Shown here: positions 1 through 14,700 of the stretch, one piece after another
Position numbering within the stretch: position 1 is the stretch's first letter
How the letters are laid out: each line of letters starts with the position of its first letter
DNA from: Octopus vulgaris
Taxonomy: Eukaryota
NCBI GenBank assembly: GCA_951406725.2
Contig: OX597832.1
Coordinates: 24,366,001 to 24,430,000, forward strand
Reading direction: 5' to 3'
DNA length: 64,000 nt
Notes under the pieces: generated by a model
Told to the model about the DNA's origin: nothing
Database searches by the model: none
The model's input: the letters and a program-made list of their open reading frames with translations, nothing else
Made by a program: the position numbers and the translations under genes

Positions 1-95
1 TCAATCACATACTTTATTAAACCACCACATAAGAGACTGTAGGGTTAAACATATCCCATGGAGTGTTGCATTTACAACCCCTATCTCAATTTGTA

Positions 96-133
<38 letters not shown>

Positions 134-219
134 ATAAGGGTTCAGCAAAAAAATTTACTTTACCACACACCGAACTTTTAGAAATAGCAGCCAAAGAATT
201 TAGCTATTTCCCCTACTGG

Positions 220-271
<52 letters not shown>

Positions 272-892
272 TAGAAATAAAACCACTATTATGCAACTCA
301 AACAGTGACAGACATAACAAATAATATATATATATATATATATTTTATAAAATGAATGATAAATATATAATATAAGTACTTATTATATTATATATTTGTT
401 ATTCATTTTATACTTTTTGAGATCTAGTTAGTTATATATTTAAAATATATATAAATTGAGGGTGAAAAATTGGATAATAATTTGATAACATCAATTTTAA
501 CACCAGTGGTCTAGCATATAAAAAAAACTGAGATTCAGTAAATAGTATTACATACATAAATATAAAGAGGGAATTTGTTTAACCACTATGTGGAAACCCT
601 TATGCTAGAAGAAGATCCGCTATGGTCTCAATTCTCAGTGGTTGAGACCATAGCATAAGGGTTACCACATAGTGGTTAAAAAATTCCTTCTTATATTTAT
701 ATTTGAAATACTATATATAATTATCAATAATAGAGGGTGAAATTAATTAATTTAGAAATAATCATTAATTTCACCAAGTAGAGTTCGGCATGTAAAAGCC
801 CCATTCAAGGAAGGTTTAAGTAATACTAAGTAATTAAGGGTTTAGCAACGATTTGCCTCACCACACACCGAATTTAGAAATAGCAGTCAAAA

Positions 893-954
<62 letters not shown>

Positions 955-1173
955 ATATATATAAGTCTCTCTATATATATGTATATATTATATTAAATTA
1001 GAGACAAAACCACTATTAGGCAAATCATACAATGAAAAACTTAAGCCAATACATAAGATTATTTAATTTATATTTATAAGTTTGGATTTATTCCCTAATA
1101 TTTATTATTATATATATATAAAGTATCAGAGCGAATAAAAAAATATTCAATCCATAATTTTTAGTCTGACTTC

Positions 1174-1205
<32 letters not shown>

Positions 1206-1715
1206 CAACCCAACATCTATTAAAACTAGCCAACCCTAACTATGTATACATGTAGCTTTTGAAAATGATTAATTAGAAATATTAGCCAAATGTCCTCTCA
1301 AATAACACTCTTATGCTGTCTTGGGAAGGGGAAAAAATAGTAAAAGACTTATTAGATATTCCATTAACCACCAATATTCCTATACAGAAAAAACAAAATG
1401 GTTTTTGGGTTGTCTGAAGAAGACGAGATGGTCACAGCTGGCATAGATTTGTGTTATGCTGTTTTCTGTTCGATGTAGAACGAACGACTGGTGAATATGT
1501 TTCGAGAGAGGACACTTTATTACGAGAATAGTTCTAGATATTTCTAAAACAGTCGGGATGGTCACCATTTTGTGGAAAGCACTTACTAAATAATTGTATT
1601 TCTAGATGTTTTGAGTTTCCGCGCTTTTTTTCTTCTTCTTTTGTTTTTTAATTGACCCTAAATTCACATCGGTCATTTCATTGCGCTTTTAGCCGAGGAT
1701 ATTATTTTATATAAT

Positions 1716-1749
<34 letters not shown>

Positions 1750-1920
1750 TGTTGGTATGCTTGATAATACAAATAGGATAGGTAAAACTCAAAACAAGAC
1801 ATTTTGGCATTCTTTCGGATCGACTCGACGATTCAATGACAAGAAATCGGTTGTTTCCGTGACAAAAAATTTTAATGGGCAGAAATATAGTGACCCAAAG
1901 GCCGAGGGTTTTGAGAGAGT

Positions 1921-1933
1921 GTGTGTATATATT

Positions 1934-1966
<33 letters not shown>

Positions 1967-2019
1967 ATATATATGTGTGTGTGTGTATATATATGTGTGT
2001 GTGTGTGTGTATATATATG

Positions 2020-2058
<39 letters not shown>

Positions 2059-2091
2059 ATATATGTGTGTGTGTGTGTGTGTATATATATG

Positions 2092-2178
<87 letters not shown>

Positions 2179-2253
2179 GTGTGTGTGTGTATATATGTGT
2201 GTGTGTGTGTATATATGTGTGTGTGTGTGTATATATGTGTGTGTGTGTATATA

Positions 2254-2284
<31 letters not shown>

Positions 2285-2405
2285 ATGTGTGTGTGTGTAT
2301 ATGTGTGTGTGTGTATATGTGTGTGTGTGTATATATGTGTGTATATATATATGTATGTGTGTGTGTATATGTATGTGTATATGTGTGTGTATGTGTGTGT
2401 GTATG

Positions 2406-2462
<57 letters not shown>

Positions 2463-2475
2463 GTGTGTGTATATA

Positions 2476-2508
<33 letters not shown>

Positions 2509-2732
2509 ATATATGTGTGTGTGTGTGTGTGTATATATGTGTGTGTGTGTGTGTATATATGTGTGTGTGTGTGTGTGTATATATATGTGTGTGTGTGTGT
2601 GTATATATATATGTGTGTGTGTGTGTGTATATATGTGTGTGTGTGTGTGTATATATATGTGTGTGTGTGTGTGTGTATATATATATGTGTGTGTGTGTGT
2701 ATATATATATATATGTGTGTGTGTGTGTATAT
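1921..2732. repeat. Compound (TG)n/(TA)n microsatellite
   Basis: Direct reading. Confidence 0.98.
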
Positions 2733-4171
2733 AAACTTTACTTATTTCAGTCTTTGGACTGTGGCCATACTGGGGCACCGGATTGACCGGGATTAGTGGA
2801 ACGAATCGACCCCTGGTACTCACTCTATCGATTCCGTATGCCGAACTGTTAAGTTACCGGGATGTAAACAAACCGACTACAGTTGTCGAACGGTAGTGGG
2901 GAATAAACACACACATCCTCTCTCTCTCTCCCACCCCCAACACATTATATATGCACTACGGGCTTCTTTCAGTTTCCGTCTGATTATATCCATTCACAAG
3001 GAATTGGTTTGCTCCGGGGCCGAATCTGTGGACTGTGTATAACTTTAATGAATCGCATTTATATTTATATAAACCGCAGTCTAAAAACCAATTTGACAAA
3101 GCAAAGCTATTCGACATTTCTATAAAACCAGTCTGAACGATCACAACTGCAATGCCTTTGGTTATAAATTCTGATCGATCAGTCGACATTGAACCAATAG
3201 AAGACTGCAGTCTCTTTTAGGCTGTTCAATATTCTGTTTCTACACAAGAATTTGTGCAATGGAATCAAGATTGTGTGTGTGCAAGAGTTAAAAATGACGG
3301 CGATAGCTGGCAGAGTTGTTAGCACGCCGTACAAAATGCTTCGCAGCATTTCGTCCGTCTTTACGTTCTGAGTTCAAATTCCGCTGGGGTCGACTTTGCT
3401 ATCATCATTTCGGGTAGATTGAGATCGACTTAATGGGCTAGCCTTGTGCCAAAATTTGAAACCATTATTACCCCCGCCTATTGGCATACCTTCACAGGCG
3501 TACTCCGCCGACTTTGTTTCCTCATAACTTTTAGAAAAATGGATATTTTTTGCTGCAATTTTTTTAAAAAATACGCTTCAGATTCTGTAGATTCCCATTA
3601 TATCGAAAAAATTATTTAAAAAAAGTGAACTCGCATACATTTATAGTGGAATACATTACATATATTTACAAAATAAAACTTGAGATTTTGAAAAAAAAAT
3701 TGTGATGTGTGCGAATTCACCACTTTTTTTTTTTTGTAAATTCCGATATAATAATTGTAATGTACACACTCTGAAAGGTATTTGTAGGAAATGTCATTAA
3801 AGAATACCTATTGATCTGAATGTTATGAGGAAACAAATGCAACTCGGAGATTTTCGGAAACTCCTCTCCCCACCTGCATAATTTACACCACCTGAAGCAT
3901 ATTTGTAGAAAATTTCATTGGAAAATATCTTATCCTGGAACGTAGGGACCAGTTTGTGTGTGTGTGTATGTATGAGGGGGTACATTTTGTGTGTGTGTAG
4001 GTCTGCCTATATTTTAAAATATTTTTGTTGGTGATTTTGTTTATTTTTCTTGTTTTGCATGTATTAAGGTCTATTCTTTGTTGTTTGACATTTCTAAATG
4101 CTTTTTAGTTTTTTTTCAATAAAAAGGAACGTTTTGAGTGTGTATAAATGTATGTATGTACCTTGTATGTA

Positions 4172-4213
<42 letters not shown>

Positions 4214-5422
4214 TTTCTTGCCACACTAAACACACAAACACACACTCTGCTGTATTTACTCATGTAAGATTTTAAAACGTAATCATTTGTCAAAATTGGT
4301 GGAATAAGCATTTCGTTCATAAATATAGGGGAAAAAACTAAGAGGATCTGAGGATCTTAGTAAAGTGAGATCCCAGCCGTAGCCTATACCAGTGTTGCAT
4401 AACCAGCCCTTTTAAAAAGTACCTTTGAATCGTTGGGCGACATGTCGTGCTTGAGGAGACCTATTGAGTCAAGTAAAATCAAATCCCAATCAAAAGTGGA
4501 AGTTTTAGTTGTGGCCATCTGACTGGCTCTTGTACTGGTGGCATGCAATAAGCACCATTCATGCATGGGTCGTTGCCAGTGTCGCCATACTGGCTCCCCA
4601 TGCCAGCAGCATGTAAAAAGCACCATCCGAATGTTGTCGATGCCAGCCTCTCCACTCCGACTGGCTCCTGTGCCGGTAGCACATAAAAAGCATCATCTGA
4701 ACGTGGTCGATGACAGTGCCATCTGACTGGCTCTCATGCCAGTGGCACGTAAAAAGCATCCACTACACTTTCGGAGTGGTTGGCATTAGGAAGGGCATCC
4801 TGCTGTAGAAACATTGCCAGATCATATTGGAGCCTGGTGTGGCCTCCTTGCTTGCCAGTCACCATTTAAACTGTTCAACCCATGCCAGCATGGAAAACGG
4901 ACGTTAAACAATGATGATGATGATGATGATAAACCATGTTACTGATTTTTAAAGTATAAAAAGTAGGCAATTGGATTACCATAAAAATAGGTAAATTTTG
5001 TTGCCTCAAAAATCACAGCAACAAATTTTGCTGGTGCAAATCAACTCCTTAGAATAAAAGAATTTACTCAATTTCATATGTTGAGTACTTTCATTTGCAT
5101 ATCCAAACACAGACACACAGACACATACGAAAGGAGAGATCACTCGCACATATTGTGGAGGTTAATTATGTGGATTAATTAATAGGTTGACTCAGGTTTA
5201 TTTGCCTTAGTAAAAGTTACACAGATGTGAAGAACATATCTGATCATTAGAATACTCTAACACTGAGTGGTGAGATGGCTACAGATTTTAGATAAGATTG
5301 CCATGCATTGGTAAGTGAGAACCATTCATATGGCTAATTTGGGTACTTCATAAACTTTTAGGTGTTATAACAGTTACTAGATGACTGTTGGAGCTTACTC
5401 TGGCATAGTAAATAGTTGCCTT

Positions 5423-5683
5423 CGTTTATTTCAATAGAAACTGCAATGAAATTTAATTTCAGTAATTTAAGGAATTATAATAAATAATGATTTAAAGTTA
5501 GCTTAACAGAGAGCTCTCTTGGTGGTAACAGTATGATAGTTGCTTTTTTAAATACTTGTCTTTGTTTATTTCAATAGAAACTGCAATGAAATTTAATTTC
5601 TGTAATTTAAGGAATTATAATAAATAATGATTTAAAATTAGCTAACGGTGAGCTCTCTTGGTGGTAACAGTATGATAGTTGCT
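5423..5683. repeat. Local tandem duplication, about 140-bp period
   Basis: gtttatttcaatagaaactgcaatgaaatttaatttc...ggtggtaacagtatgatagttgc occurs twice. Confidence 0.9.
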
Positions 5684-5908
5684 TTTTTCTTTGTTTTTTG
5701 TTAAGCAGTTGGTTGATGCACAATGTACAATTTCTCAAAGACAAAAACAGCAGTTGTCTCTGCGATTGTCTTGACCACACAATTATGCCTATATTCAATT
5801 AAAAATTGTTGCTGCAAATATAAAGGACAGGTTCATCTTTTGATTTTTTTCCTGTGTCTTTGTTCTTTGTGCTTGCAGCTACAGTTTAATACATAAAATA
5901 TATTATGC

Positions 5909-5945
<37 letters not shown>

Positions 5946-6246
5946 TACATGACTTTAAAAGAGATTTCATTTTCAGATTTGTTTTTTGTCTAGTAATTGA
6001 CATTATCTGAAGCCATGTGTTGGAACTGGAATGAATGTCTTGTAGAAAAGTCATTTTAGCCAGTTTCCATATATGATTTGAAAGAGATGTTGTATTGATA
6101 TGCATATCCTTGTACACACACGCACACGTCTTTAAAAATGTATTTTATATACTTGCACGCAATCTCAAAAACGTGCTGCTATTGTGAATGTCAGAGTTTA
6201 AGAAGTCATGAAGGTTGTGCAACCCTTCTGAGCATTGTGAAAGTAA

Positions 6247-6278
<32 letters not shown>

Positions 6279-6825
6279 GTGCAATAAGTGCACATGTGTG
6301 TGTGTGTGTGTGTGTGTGAATGACCTATCTGTGTTTGTATGACAGGAAATGTCTGTTTTTTGAATATCTTGTTATAATTATTGCTGTATTTACTTGTCTA
6401 TAAGTTGCACTATTTTACACTTGATTTTAATTGCAAAAGAAAAAAAAAATGCCTAGAAAAACTGGGGTGTGACTTATACACAGGGCAAAGCTAATATTAT
6501 GAAGGGGAAAGCATTTTGTTCCCAGATTTAACACTGAATTAAGGGTGCAACTTGTAAATGAGTAAATAAAATAAATTCTTTTGTGACTTGTTTTTATGAA
6601 TGTTTCACATATATGTATATACATATGTATATATATACATATATGTATACATACATGCGTTTGTACATATGTCTATATATACATATGTATGTATATACAT
6701 ATATTTATCTGAAAAAAATCTAATTTATTAACCTTATCCTTCCTATTTATTTCAATTTCCCATCAAATTTTTCTTTGAAGTCTCCACTATTCTGAGGGAA
6801 ATCATTCTCTCTCCCGTCATTGCAG

Positions 6826-6901
6826 CGCTGATGGCCGGGAATATGCTCTGAAACAAATTGAGGGCACTGGTATCTCTATGTCAGCTTGTCGGGAAATCGC
6901 T
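6826..6901 (+). CDS. CDK8: CDK8/CDK19 Mediator kinase, coding exon 2 ([25 protein letters not shown])
   Basis: tgcag acceptor and gtaagt donor; contains the CDK8-specific SMSACRE helix; 76 bp. Confidence 0.95.
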
Positions 6902-7472
6902 GTAAGTAAAAAAAAAAACCGCTACATTATATAACGAATCACATCTTCCATGTCTGTTCTCGTTTCTTCGTCTGTCACCTTGTTTTATTTTTGATCTCCG
7001 ATCCGATCTCCTTCATCTCTATGTCTGCTCCGTAGGACATATTTCCTTGTAACCCTTGTTTTGCTTATCCATATTGTAACTTTTTTCTTTGTTTTTTTTT
7101 TTTTTCATGTGTTTAATTACAATTGTTTCTGCAAACATCACATTTTTTTTTTTTTCCCCATCTCTTGTCCTTGTTACCTGTATATTTGTTTCCTTTGCCG
7201 TTCATATTTGAACTGTTTCTAAACCATTTTTAAATAAATATACGATTTATCTATTTCTGGTTATTAGCTTTTGAATGTGGATAAAAAAAAATTGGACCCA
7301 CCGTATTGCAGCTTTTGCTACGTATAGTTGTTTATTTTGTTTGTTCGTTTGTTTGTTACTTAACTCAATATTGACTCACAACGCTTTATATGACCTTTAT
7401 ACTGTGAAATTTCAGAACCCAACTAAAGTGACATTGTTTCATCTAATGTTTTTTTCGTATTGTATTTTGTAG

Positions 7473-7700
<228 letters not shown>

Positions 7701-8408
7701 TAGTGATTTGGCAAAAAAGAGACCGATAGAATAAGAACTAGGCTTACAAAGAATAGGGGTTGATTTGCTCGACTAAAGGCGGTGCTCCAGCATGGCCACA
7801 GTCACATGACTGAAACAAGTAAGGTTAAAGAGAGTAAGGAGTAAATCTAAGGTCTTGTAAAGTGAAGTATTTCTGTAGTTCTAATTACATCAACATCCTC
7901 AGTGTTTTTGAACGTCTAATTTTCTGTGCTCACATTGGCCAGCTGGAATTTGTCGAGGCAGATTTTCTATGGTCAGGTGCCCTTCCTGTTGCCAGTCCTC
8001 ACCTGGTTTCAGGCAGGTAATATCTCCCGTGGCCAGATATGTTTTCCAAGGAAGACTAGAAATGGACAACATCGCTTGTATGACTGCAATACTCACTTAC
8101 AATCACACGTAATATCAAGGAAAAGCTACACACCAACATGTGTATACTTAGGTGTGTGTATATATCATCATCAGCCTCGCCTGGCCCCTGTGCCGGTGGT
8201 ACGGTGGTCTAAGCAGTGGAATAAAAAATGCTTTACTTGTAAAACGGGTCAGTGACAGGAAGGGCTTCCAATTGTAAAATAAGTACTCACCTAACCCATG
8301 CCAGCATAGAAAAACAAATGCAAAAACAAACAAACAAACTGTAACTTTCACTGACCTGGTCATCAACAGTTTCAGGGTAAAGTTGTGTGACTAGAAATAG
8401 TGAATTTA

Positions 8409-8630
8409 AGGCGGCGAGCTGGCTGAAACGTTAGCACGCCAGGCGAAATGCTTACCCGTATTTAGTCTGCCGCTACATTCTGAGTTCAAATTCTGCCGAG
8501 GTCGACTTTGCCTTTCATCCTTTTGGGGTCGATTACCAGTTACGCAGTGGGGTCGATATAATCGACTTAATCTATTTGTCTGTCCTTGTTTGTCCCCTCT
8601 GTGTAGCCCTTTGTGGGCAGTAAAGAAATA
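8409..8630 (+). mobile_element. SINE family B (tRNA-like head plus Meta/MESC-like gcctttcatccttt.ggggtcgat core)
   Basis: Copies at about 3295-3465, 9270-9485, 15748-16198, 18140-18480(-), 25170-25582(-) and 36660-36800; the domain name is recalled, not verified. Confidence 0.75.
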
Positions 8631-8839
8631 GTGAATTTAACAGTTTAAAAAAATTATTTTTTTATCTTCCGAATAACTCAAAATGATTCTTCCATCTGCT
8701 TCAGATAATATATAACCAATATCATTAAGTTCGATTGTATCAGTTTGTAATTGAATCTCGCAAGCCTGCTCTCAACTGATCGTATGACCGATGTAATTAA
8801 CTCGTGTCTCTCTGTTTTGTCTTCCTGTGTGTGTTTCAG

Positions 8840-8980
8840 CATATAATCAAGTTCCACAGGTCTGCCAAAGCCAACAAGAAACAAATTAGCTTCCCAAAGA
8901 ATATGGTCAAGTCACTGCTGTTCCAAATATTGGACGGTATTCATTATTTGCACTCCAATTGGGTTCTCCACAGGGATTTA
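8840..8980 (+). CDS. CDK8: CDK8 exon 4 ([14 protein letters not shown]...[13 protein letters not shown])
   Basis: ag/gt boundaries, 141 bp, HRD catalytic loop. Confidence 0.96.
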
Positions 8981-9519
8981 GTAAGTATATTATTATTATT
9001 ATTTTTGATTTGTTATTAAAAAAAAAAAGGGGGTCAGGTTGGTGGAATCATTAGTTCTTTGAACAAAATGTTCTGCAGCATTTCTTCCAGTGCTTGTACA
9101 CTCAGAGTTCAAATCCTGATGAACTCAGCTTTACCTTTCACCCTTTCAGAGTTCCATAGAATAAGTACTAGTCAAGTACTGAAATATTGGCGACCCACCT
9201 CCCTATATAATTGCTGGCCTGGTGCTGAAATTTGATATGATGATTATTATTATTATTAAAGCAGCCAAAAGCAATGAGCTGGCAGAATCTTTAACACGCC
9301 AGCAAAATGCTAAGTGGTATTTCATCCTTCTGTATGTTCTGAGTTCAAATTCCACTAAGGTTGACTTTTTTTTTTTTTTGTCCTTTTGAGGTTCCATAAA
9401 ATAAGTACCTGTCAGGCACTGGTGTTGATGTTATCGAATTACCACCTCCCCTAAGATTATTAGTTTTGTTCCAAAATTTAAAACCAAATAGTTCAACATC
9501 AATGGAAATTGTAGGTGTG

Positions 9520-10468
9520 ATACCAGTGCCGGTGGCACGTAAGAGAACCATCCGAACGTGGCCGTTGCCAGCGCCGCCCCGACTGGCCTTCGTGCAGGTG
9601 GCACGTAAAAAGCACCATCCGATTGTGGTCATTGCCAGCTTCGTCTGGCCCCCGTGTCGGTGGCACATAAAAAACACCATCCGAGCGTGGCCGTTCGCCA
9701 GCCTCGTCTGGTACCTGTGTCGGTGGCACATAAAAAACACCATCCGAGCGTGGCCGTTCGCCAGCCTCGTCTGGTACCTGTGTCGGTGGCACATAAAAAA
9801 CACCATCCGAGCATGGCCGTTCGCCAGCCTCGTCTGGTACCTGTGTCGGTGGCACATAAAAAACACCATCCGAGCATGGCCGTTCGCCAGCCTCGTCTGG
9901 TACCTGTGTCGGTGGCACATAAAAAACACCATCCGAGCGTGGCCGTTCGCCAGCCTCGTCTGGTACCTGTGTCGGTGGCACATAAAAAACACCATCCGAG
10001 CGTGGCCGTTCGCCAGCTCGTCTGGTACCTGTGTCGGTGGCACATAAAAAACACCATCCGAGCGTGGCCGTTCGCCAGCCTCGTCTGGTACCTGTGTCGG
10101 TGGCACATAAAAAACACCATCCGAGCATGGCCGTTCGCCAGCCTCGTCTGGTACCTGTGTCGGTGGCACATAAAAAACACCATCCGAGCGTGGCCGTTCG
10201 CCAGCCTCGTCTGGTACCTGTGTCGGTGGCACATAAAAAACACCATCCGAGCATGGCCGTTTGCCAGCCTCGTCTGGTACCTGTGCAGGTGGCACATAAA
10301 AAGCACCCACTACACTCTCGGAGTGGTTGGCGTTAGGAAGGGCATCCAGCTGCAGAAACACTGCCAGATCAGACTGGAGCCTGGCGTAGCCTTCTGGCTT
10401 CCCAGACCCCAGTTGAACTGTCCAACCCATGCTAGCATGGAAAGCGGACGCTAAACGATGATGATGAT
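9520..10468 (+). mobile_element. SINE family D (V-domain-like ggcgttaggaagggcatccagc core, (GAT)n tail) with an expanded internal 63-bp repeat
   Basis: About 10 near-identical 63-bp units at 9654-10300; other copies near 4490-4930, 14066-14280, 17497-17810(-), 20930-21180, 23077-23237, 24312-24460 and 27452-27722. Confidence 0.8.
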
Positions 10469-10699
10469 AATTACTGGTCTTCCATAAAAACAACCTTGCC
10501 TGGACTTGTGCCTTGAAGGGTGACTTTCTAAGTGCAATCCCATGGTCAGTCATGACCAAAGAGGGCCTTTACCCTTTGCCGCCACCACCACCACCACCAC
10601 CTCATTTTATAGCTGCCATCTCATTTATGAACATTACCTCTTGTTTATTAAGACCATACTGCCACCACTATAACTGATGTTATCATTTATCTTATTCAG

Positions 10700-10757
10700 A
10701 AACCTGCCAATATACTTGTAATGGGTGAAGGCCCAGAAAGAGGAAGAGTTAAGATTG
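10700..10757 (+). CDS. CDK8: CDK8 exon 5 (KPANILVMGEGPERGRVKI)
   Basis: ttcag/gtaagt boundaries, 58 bp; too short for the ORF track, translated by hand. Confidence 0.95.
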
Positions 10758-10993
10758 GTAAGTCTTTTTGTCTTTGGAATTGTTAATTATTTCTTAATAA
10801 TAGATTTTAAAAAATGAAAAAAAAAAACAAATCAAGAAAACAATCCTCTATGCAAACCCCAAATTCCAAATCCTCAGATGTTGAAAATACAAGTACCTCT
10901 ATTTACCAATGAATATCATTGTATTTATTTTGTGCCCATTTGTCTGGGTTTTTTTATATGCTTACATGGATTTGGTTGATCTTGTATAGCATA

Positions 10994-11201
10994 CTCTTTA
11001 CTCTTTTACTTGTTTCAGTCATTTGACTGTGGCCATGCTCGAGCACCGCCTTTAGTCGAGCAAATCGACCCCGGGACTTATTCTTTGTAAGCCCAGTACT
11101 TATTCTATTGGTCTCTTTTGCTGAACCGCTAAATGACGGGGGATGTAAGCACACCAGCATCGGTTGTCAAGCAATGCTAGGAGGACAAACACAGACTCAC
11201 A

Positions 11202-11251
<50 letters not shown>

Positions 11252-11414
11252 CGACAGGCTTCTTTCAGTTTCCGTCTACCAAACACACTCACAAGGCATT
11301 GGTTGGCCCTGGGCTATAGCAGAAGACACTTGACCAAGATGCCACGCAGTGGGACTAAACCTGGAACCATGTGGTTGGTAAGCAAGCTATTTACCACGCA
11401 GCCACTCCTGTGCC
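10994..11414 (-). mobile_element. SINE family A copy (antisense)
   Basis: Reverse complement of 13091-13575; more minus copies at about 14850-15205, 17078-17430, 28330-28890 and 41485-41889. Confidence 0.88.
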
Positions 11415-12762
11415 TATAATGGCGGATGTTACCTCTGTTGAGTGATATTACCCAAATGCTGTGGAATATAATGATGGGGCGACATGACCCAAGTCGGGCC
11501 AATCAGAGCAAGTTCAACTCTGATTTTAACTCTTTTATGAGTAAAAATTCTTATCAAATTGATTAGGATTTTTAGTCTTGAAAGAGAATGTCCTATTTTA
11601 CTTTCTGGTTCAGCTTGCTTGAATTGGCTGGACTCCATCATCCATCATGATATTACAGGGTGAATCAAGCATCACCACTCAGCAGAGGTAAATGTTCTGT
11701 GTCCATACAGAGCTGGTTGGTGGTCTTTTTGGGGGATGGCTGACCCATGTGTATCCATGTTGAGCTGTTCGTATGATATGAGTGCATCACTAATTCTTAT
11801 TTAGGACTTTAGCAATTATTATCAATGTTTAACATTTGCTTTTTCATACTTGCACGGGTCGAACAGGATCTGTTGGGGCAGATTTTACTGACCAAGTGTC
11901 CTTCCTTTTGCTAATCCTCATGTTTCCCATGGCTGGAAACAAACAACCTTGCTTGTATGACGATGTTCATTTACAACCATTATGTGATGTCCAGACAAGG
12001 GCACACAATAGGCTTCTTTCAGTTTTCATCTACCAAAATCCACTCATAAGGCTTTGGTTGGCTTGGTGCTTTAACAGATGACATTTGCCCAAGGTGCCCT
12101 GCAGTGAGACTGAACTCAAGGCTATGTAGTTGGGAAGAAAACTTCTTAACTATACAGCCATGCCGGTCTCTAATGGCATCAGTGATTACAAGAAGACAGC
12201 CATAGTCTTTGAGTATTTGGGTGCCCTTTTCTTTGGGATATTCAGAACAGCCTGTAACATGCATGCCACCTTGCTTTGAGGTGTTTGTTGAGTGTTGAAG
12301 CAGTGGAATCCATAATATGGCCAAACAGAGCAAATTCTACTCATGTTGAATGCCTAAGAAATTATAGCAGCAAAACAGACTCAGAAATCTGGTGCAATCT
12401 TCTGCCTACCCAGCTTCTGTCAAACCATCCAGCCCCATACCAGGATGGAAGGCGGATGTTAAACGACGATGATGAGGATAAGTAGTGATGTTCTATAAGA
12501 ACGTAAAAGTACGATCTTTTGATCGACACCAACTTCAATACTTTGCACCATTCCGATTTATCATCTGCCTGGACTACATTCTTCACACTTTAGTCTACAA
12601 AATTAAAAGAACACACCTGTTAAATAACCCTCCCCTCTGTTCCCCAGAAATTGCAGGTTCAATCCCTCATCTTCACAAAAACTGGTCTTTTCTGAGAATA
12701 TGTCAGATTAAATTTTGTTCCCTTTTTTTTTTCCCATTTACTTACTTTCGCTTTCATTTTAA

Positions 12763-12978
<216 letters not shown>

Positions 12979-13090
12979 TGAGTTAGGGGGATCGTGCTGA
13001 GGTAGATTTTTTACAGTTGGATGCAGTCTGTGTTGCCAGCTGTTGCCTGCTTTCTAAGATATTTTCACCATTTTATATTATATTTATATA

Positions 13091-13256
13091 GGCGCAGGAG
13101 TGGCTGTGTGGTAAATAGCTTGTTTACCAACCACATGGTTCCGGGTTCATTCCCACTGCGTGGCATCTTGGGCAAGTGTCTTCTACTATAGCCTCGGGCC
13201 GACCAAAGCCTTGTGAGTGTATTTGGTAGACGGAAACTGAAAAGAAGCCTGTCGTA

Positions 13257-13353
<97 letters not shown>

Positions 13354-13575
13354 GCATGTGTGTGTGTGTGTGTCTGTGTTTGTCCCCCTAGCATTGCTTG
13401 ACAACCGATGCTGGTGTGTTTACGTCGCTGTCACTTAGCGGTTCGGTAAAAGAGACTGATAGAATAAGTACCGGGCTTACAAAAGAATAAGTCCCGGGGT
13501 CGATGTGCTCGACTAAAAGGCGGTGCTCCAGCATGGCCGCAGTCAAATGACTGAAACAAGTAAAAGAGTAAAGAG
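13091..13575 (+). mobile_element. tRNA-derived SINE family A with internal (TA)n/(TG)n, representative full copy
   Basis: A-box tggctgtgtggt, B-box ggttca..ccc, tail ..ggccgcagtcaaatgactgaaacaagtaaaagagt. Confidence 0.88.
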
Positions 13576-13779
13576 TATATATATGAGAGAGAGAGAGATG
13601 AAAGAGGAAGTTTTAAGGAGTGTTAGTTCAGGTGATAACAGGAAATGTAGATAAAAATTGAATCCAAATGAATCACTAAAACAGGCAAATATGTATCATA
13701 CTCAATGTGCATACATTGTTGAGAGGTATGATACGCACTTTTGACAAGTTGTCGTGCACCTGAGCACTGTATACAATAA

Positions 13780-14049
<270 letters not shown>

Positions 14050-14454
14050 TAAAATGTCTTGTTTTCACGTAAAAAGCACCATCCGATTGTGGCCATTGCC
14101 AGCTTCATCTGGCCCCCATGCCGGTGGCACGTAAAAAGCATCACCTGATTGTGGCCGTTTGCCAGCCTCGTCTGGTACCTGTGCAGGTGGCACATAAAAA
14201 GCACCCACTACACTCTCGGAGTGGTTGGCATTAGGAAGGGCATCCAGCTGCAGAAACACTGCCAGATCAGACTGGGCCTGAATTAAAATCTTCCACCAAA
14301 CCTTAGTCACAATTTATGTTCTAAACACTAGTTTAATGATAACTAAACTAATTTACAAAATTCTTTGTTATATTTAAAATGATTGAAAGAAACAGAGAGC
14401 ATCTCAAAATAAATACAGTAATGAAAAGGTTAAATAGGCATGGTTATGGGTTTA

Positions 14455-14700
14455 AAAGCTCTATCTGTGACGATTTCATTTCGATCGAAGGAGGGGCTTT
14501 CTCCGTCCGGGTTGCGGATCCGTGGGATAAGCTGCTGGACGAGATAGTGAAGATGCCGATGACCGCTCGGTTCAAAGTCTCCCTTGACCACAAATGGCCT
14601 GAACTCTTTGTATGAACACCACCCTGTACATAACTCCATGTCCCCCTACATGGCCTTGCTTTTTGCTTTTTGAGCCAAAAAATTAACTTAACTTAACTTA
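14455..14700 (+). mobile_element. CR1-like LINE 3' fragment with (TTAAC)n tail; second copy at 21980-22212 (-)
   Basis: FSVRVADPWDKL..FKVSLD motif; the two copies are highly similar. Confidence 0.75.

Noticed and set aside
1757-2823. Long Cys/Val/Tyr or His/Thr ORFs (also at 18900, 20053, 34813, 59000 and 62000)
   Set aside because: Translations of stop-free dinucleotide or tetranucleotide microsatellites, open in several frames
1-6825. CDK8 first coding exon (MDYDFK..GRGTYG)
   Set aside because: Not found by reading; presumably upstream of the window
9345-10559. 404-aa repeat protein ORF
   Set aside because: Produced by a 63-bp tandem module inside a SINE and open in multiple frames
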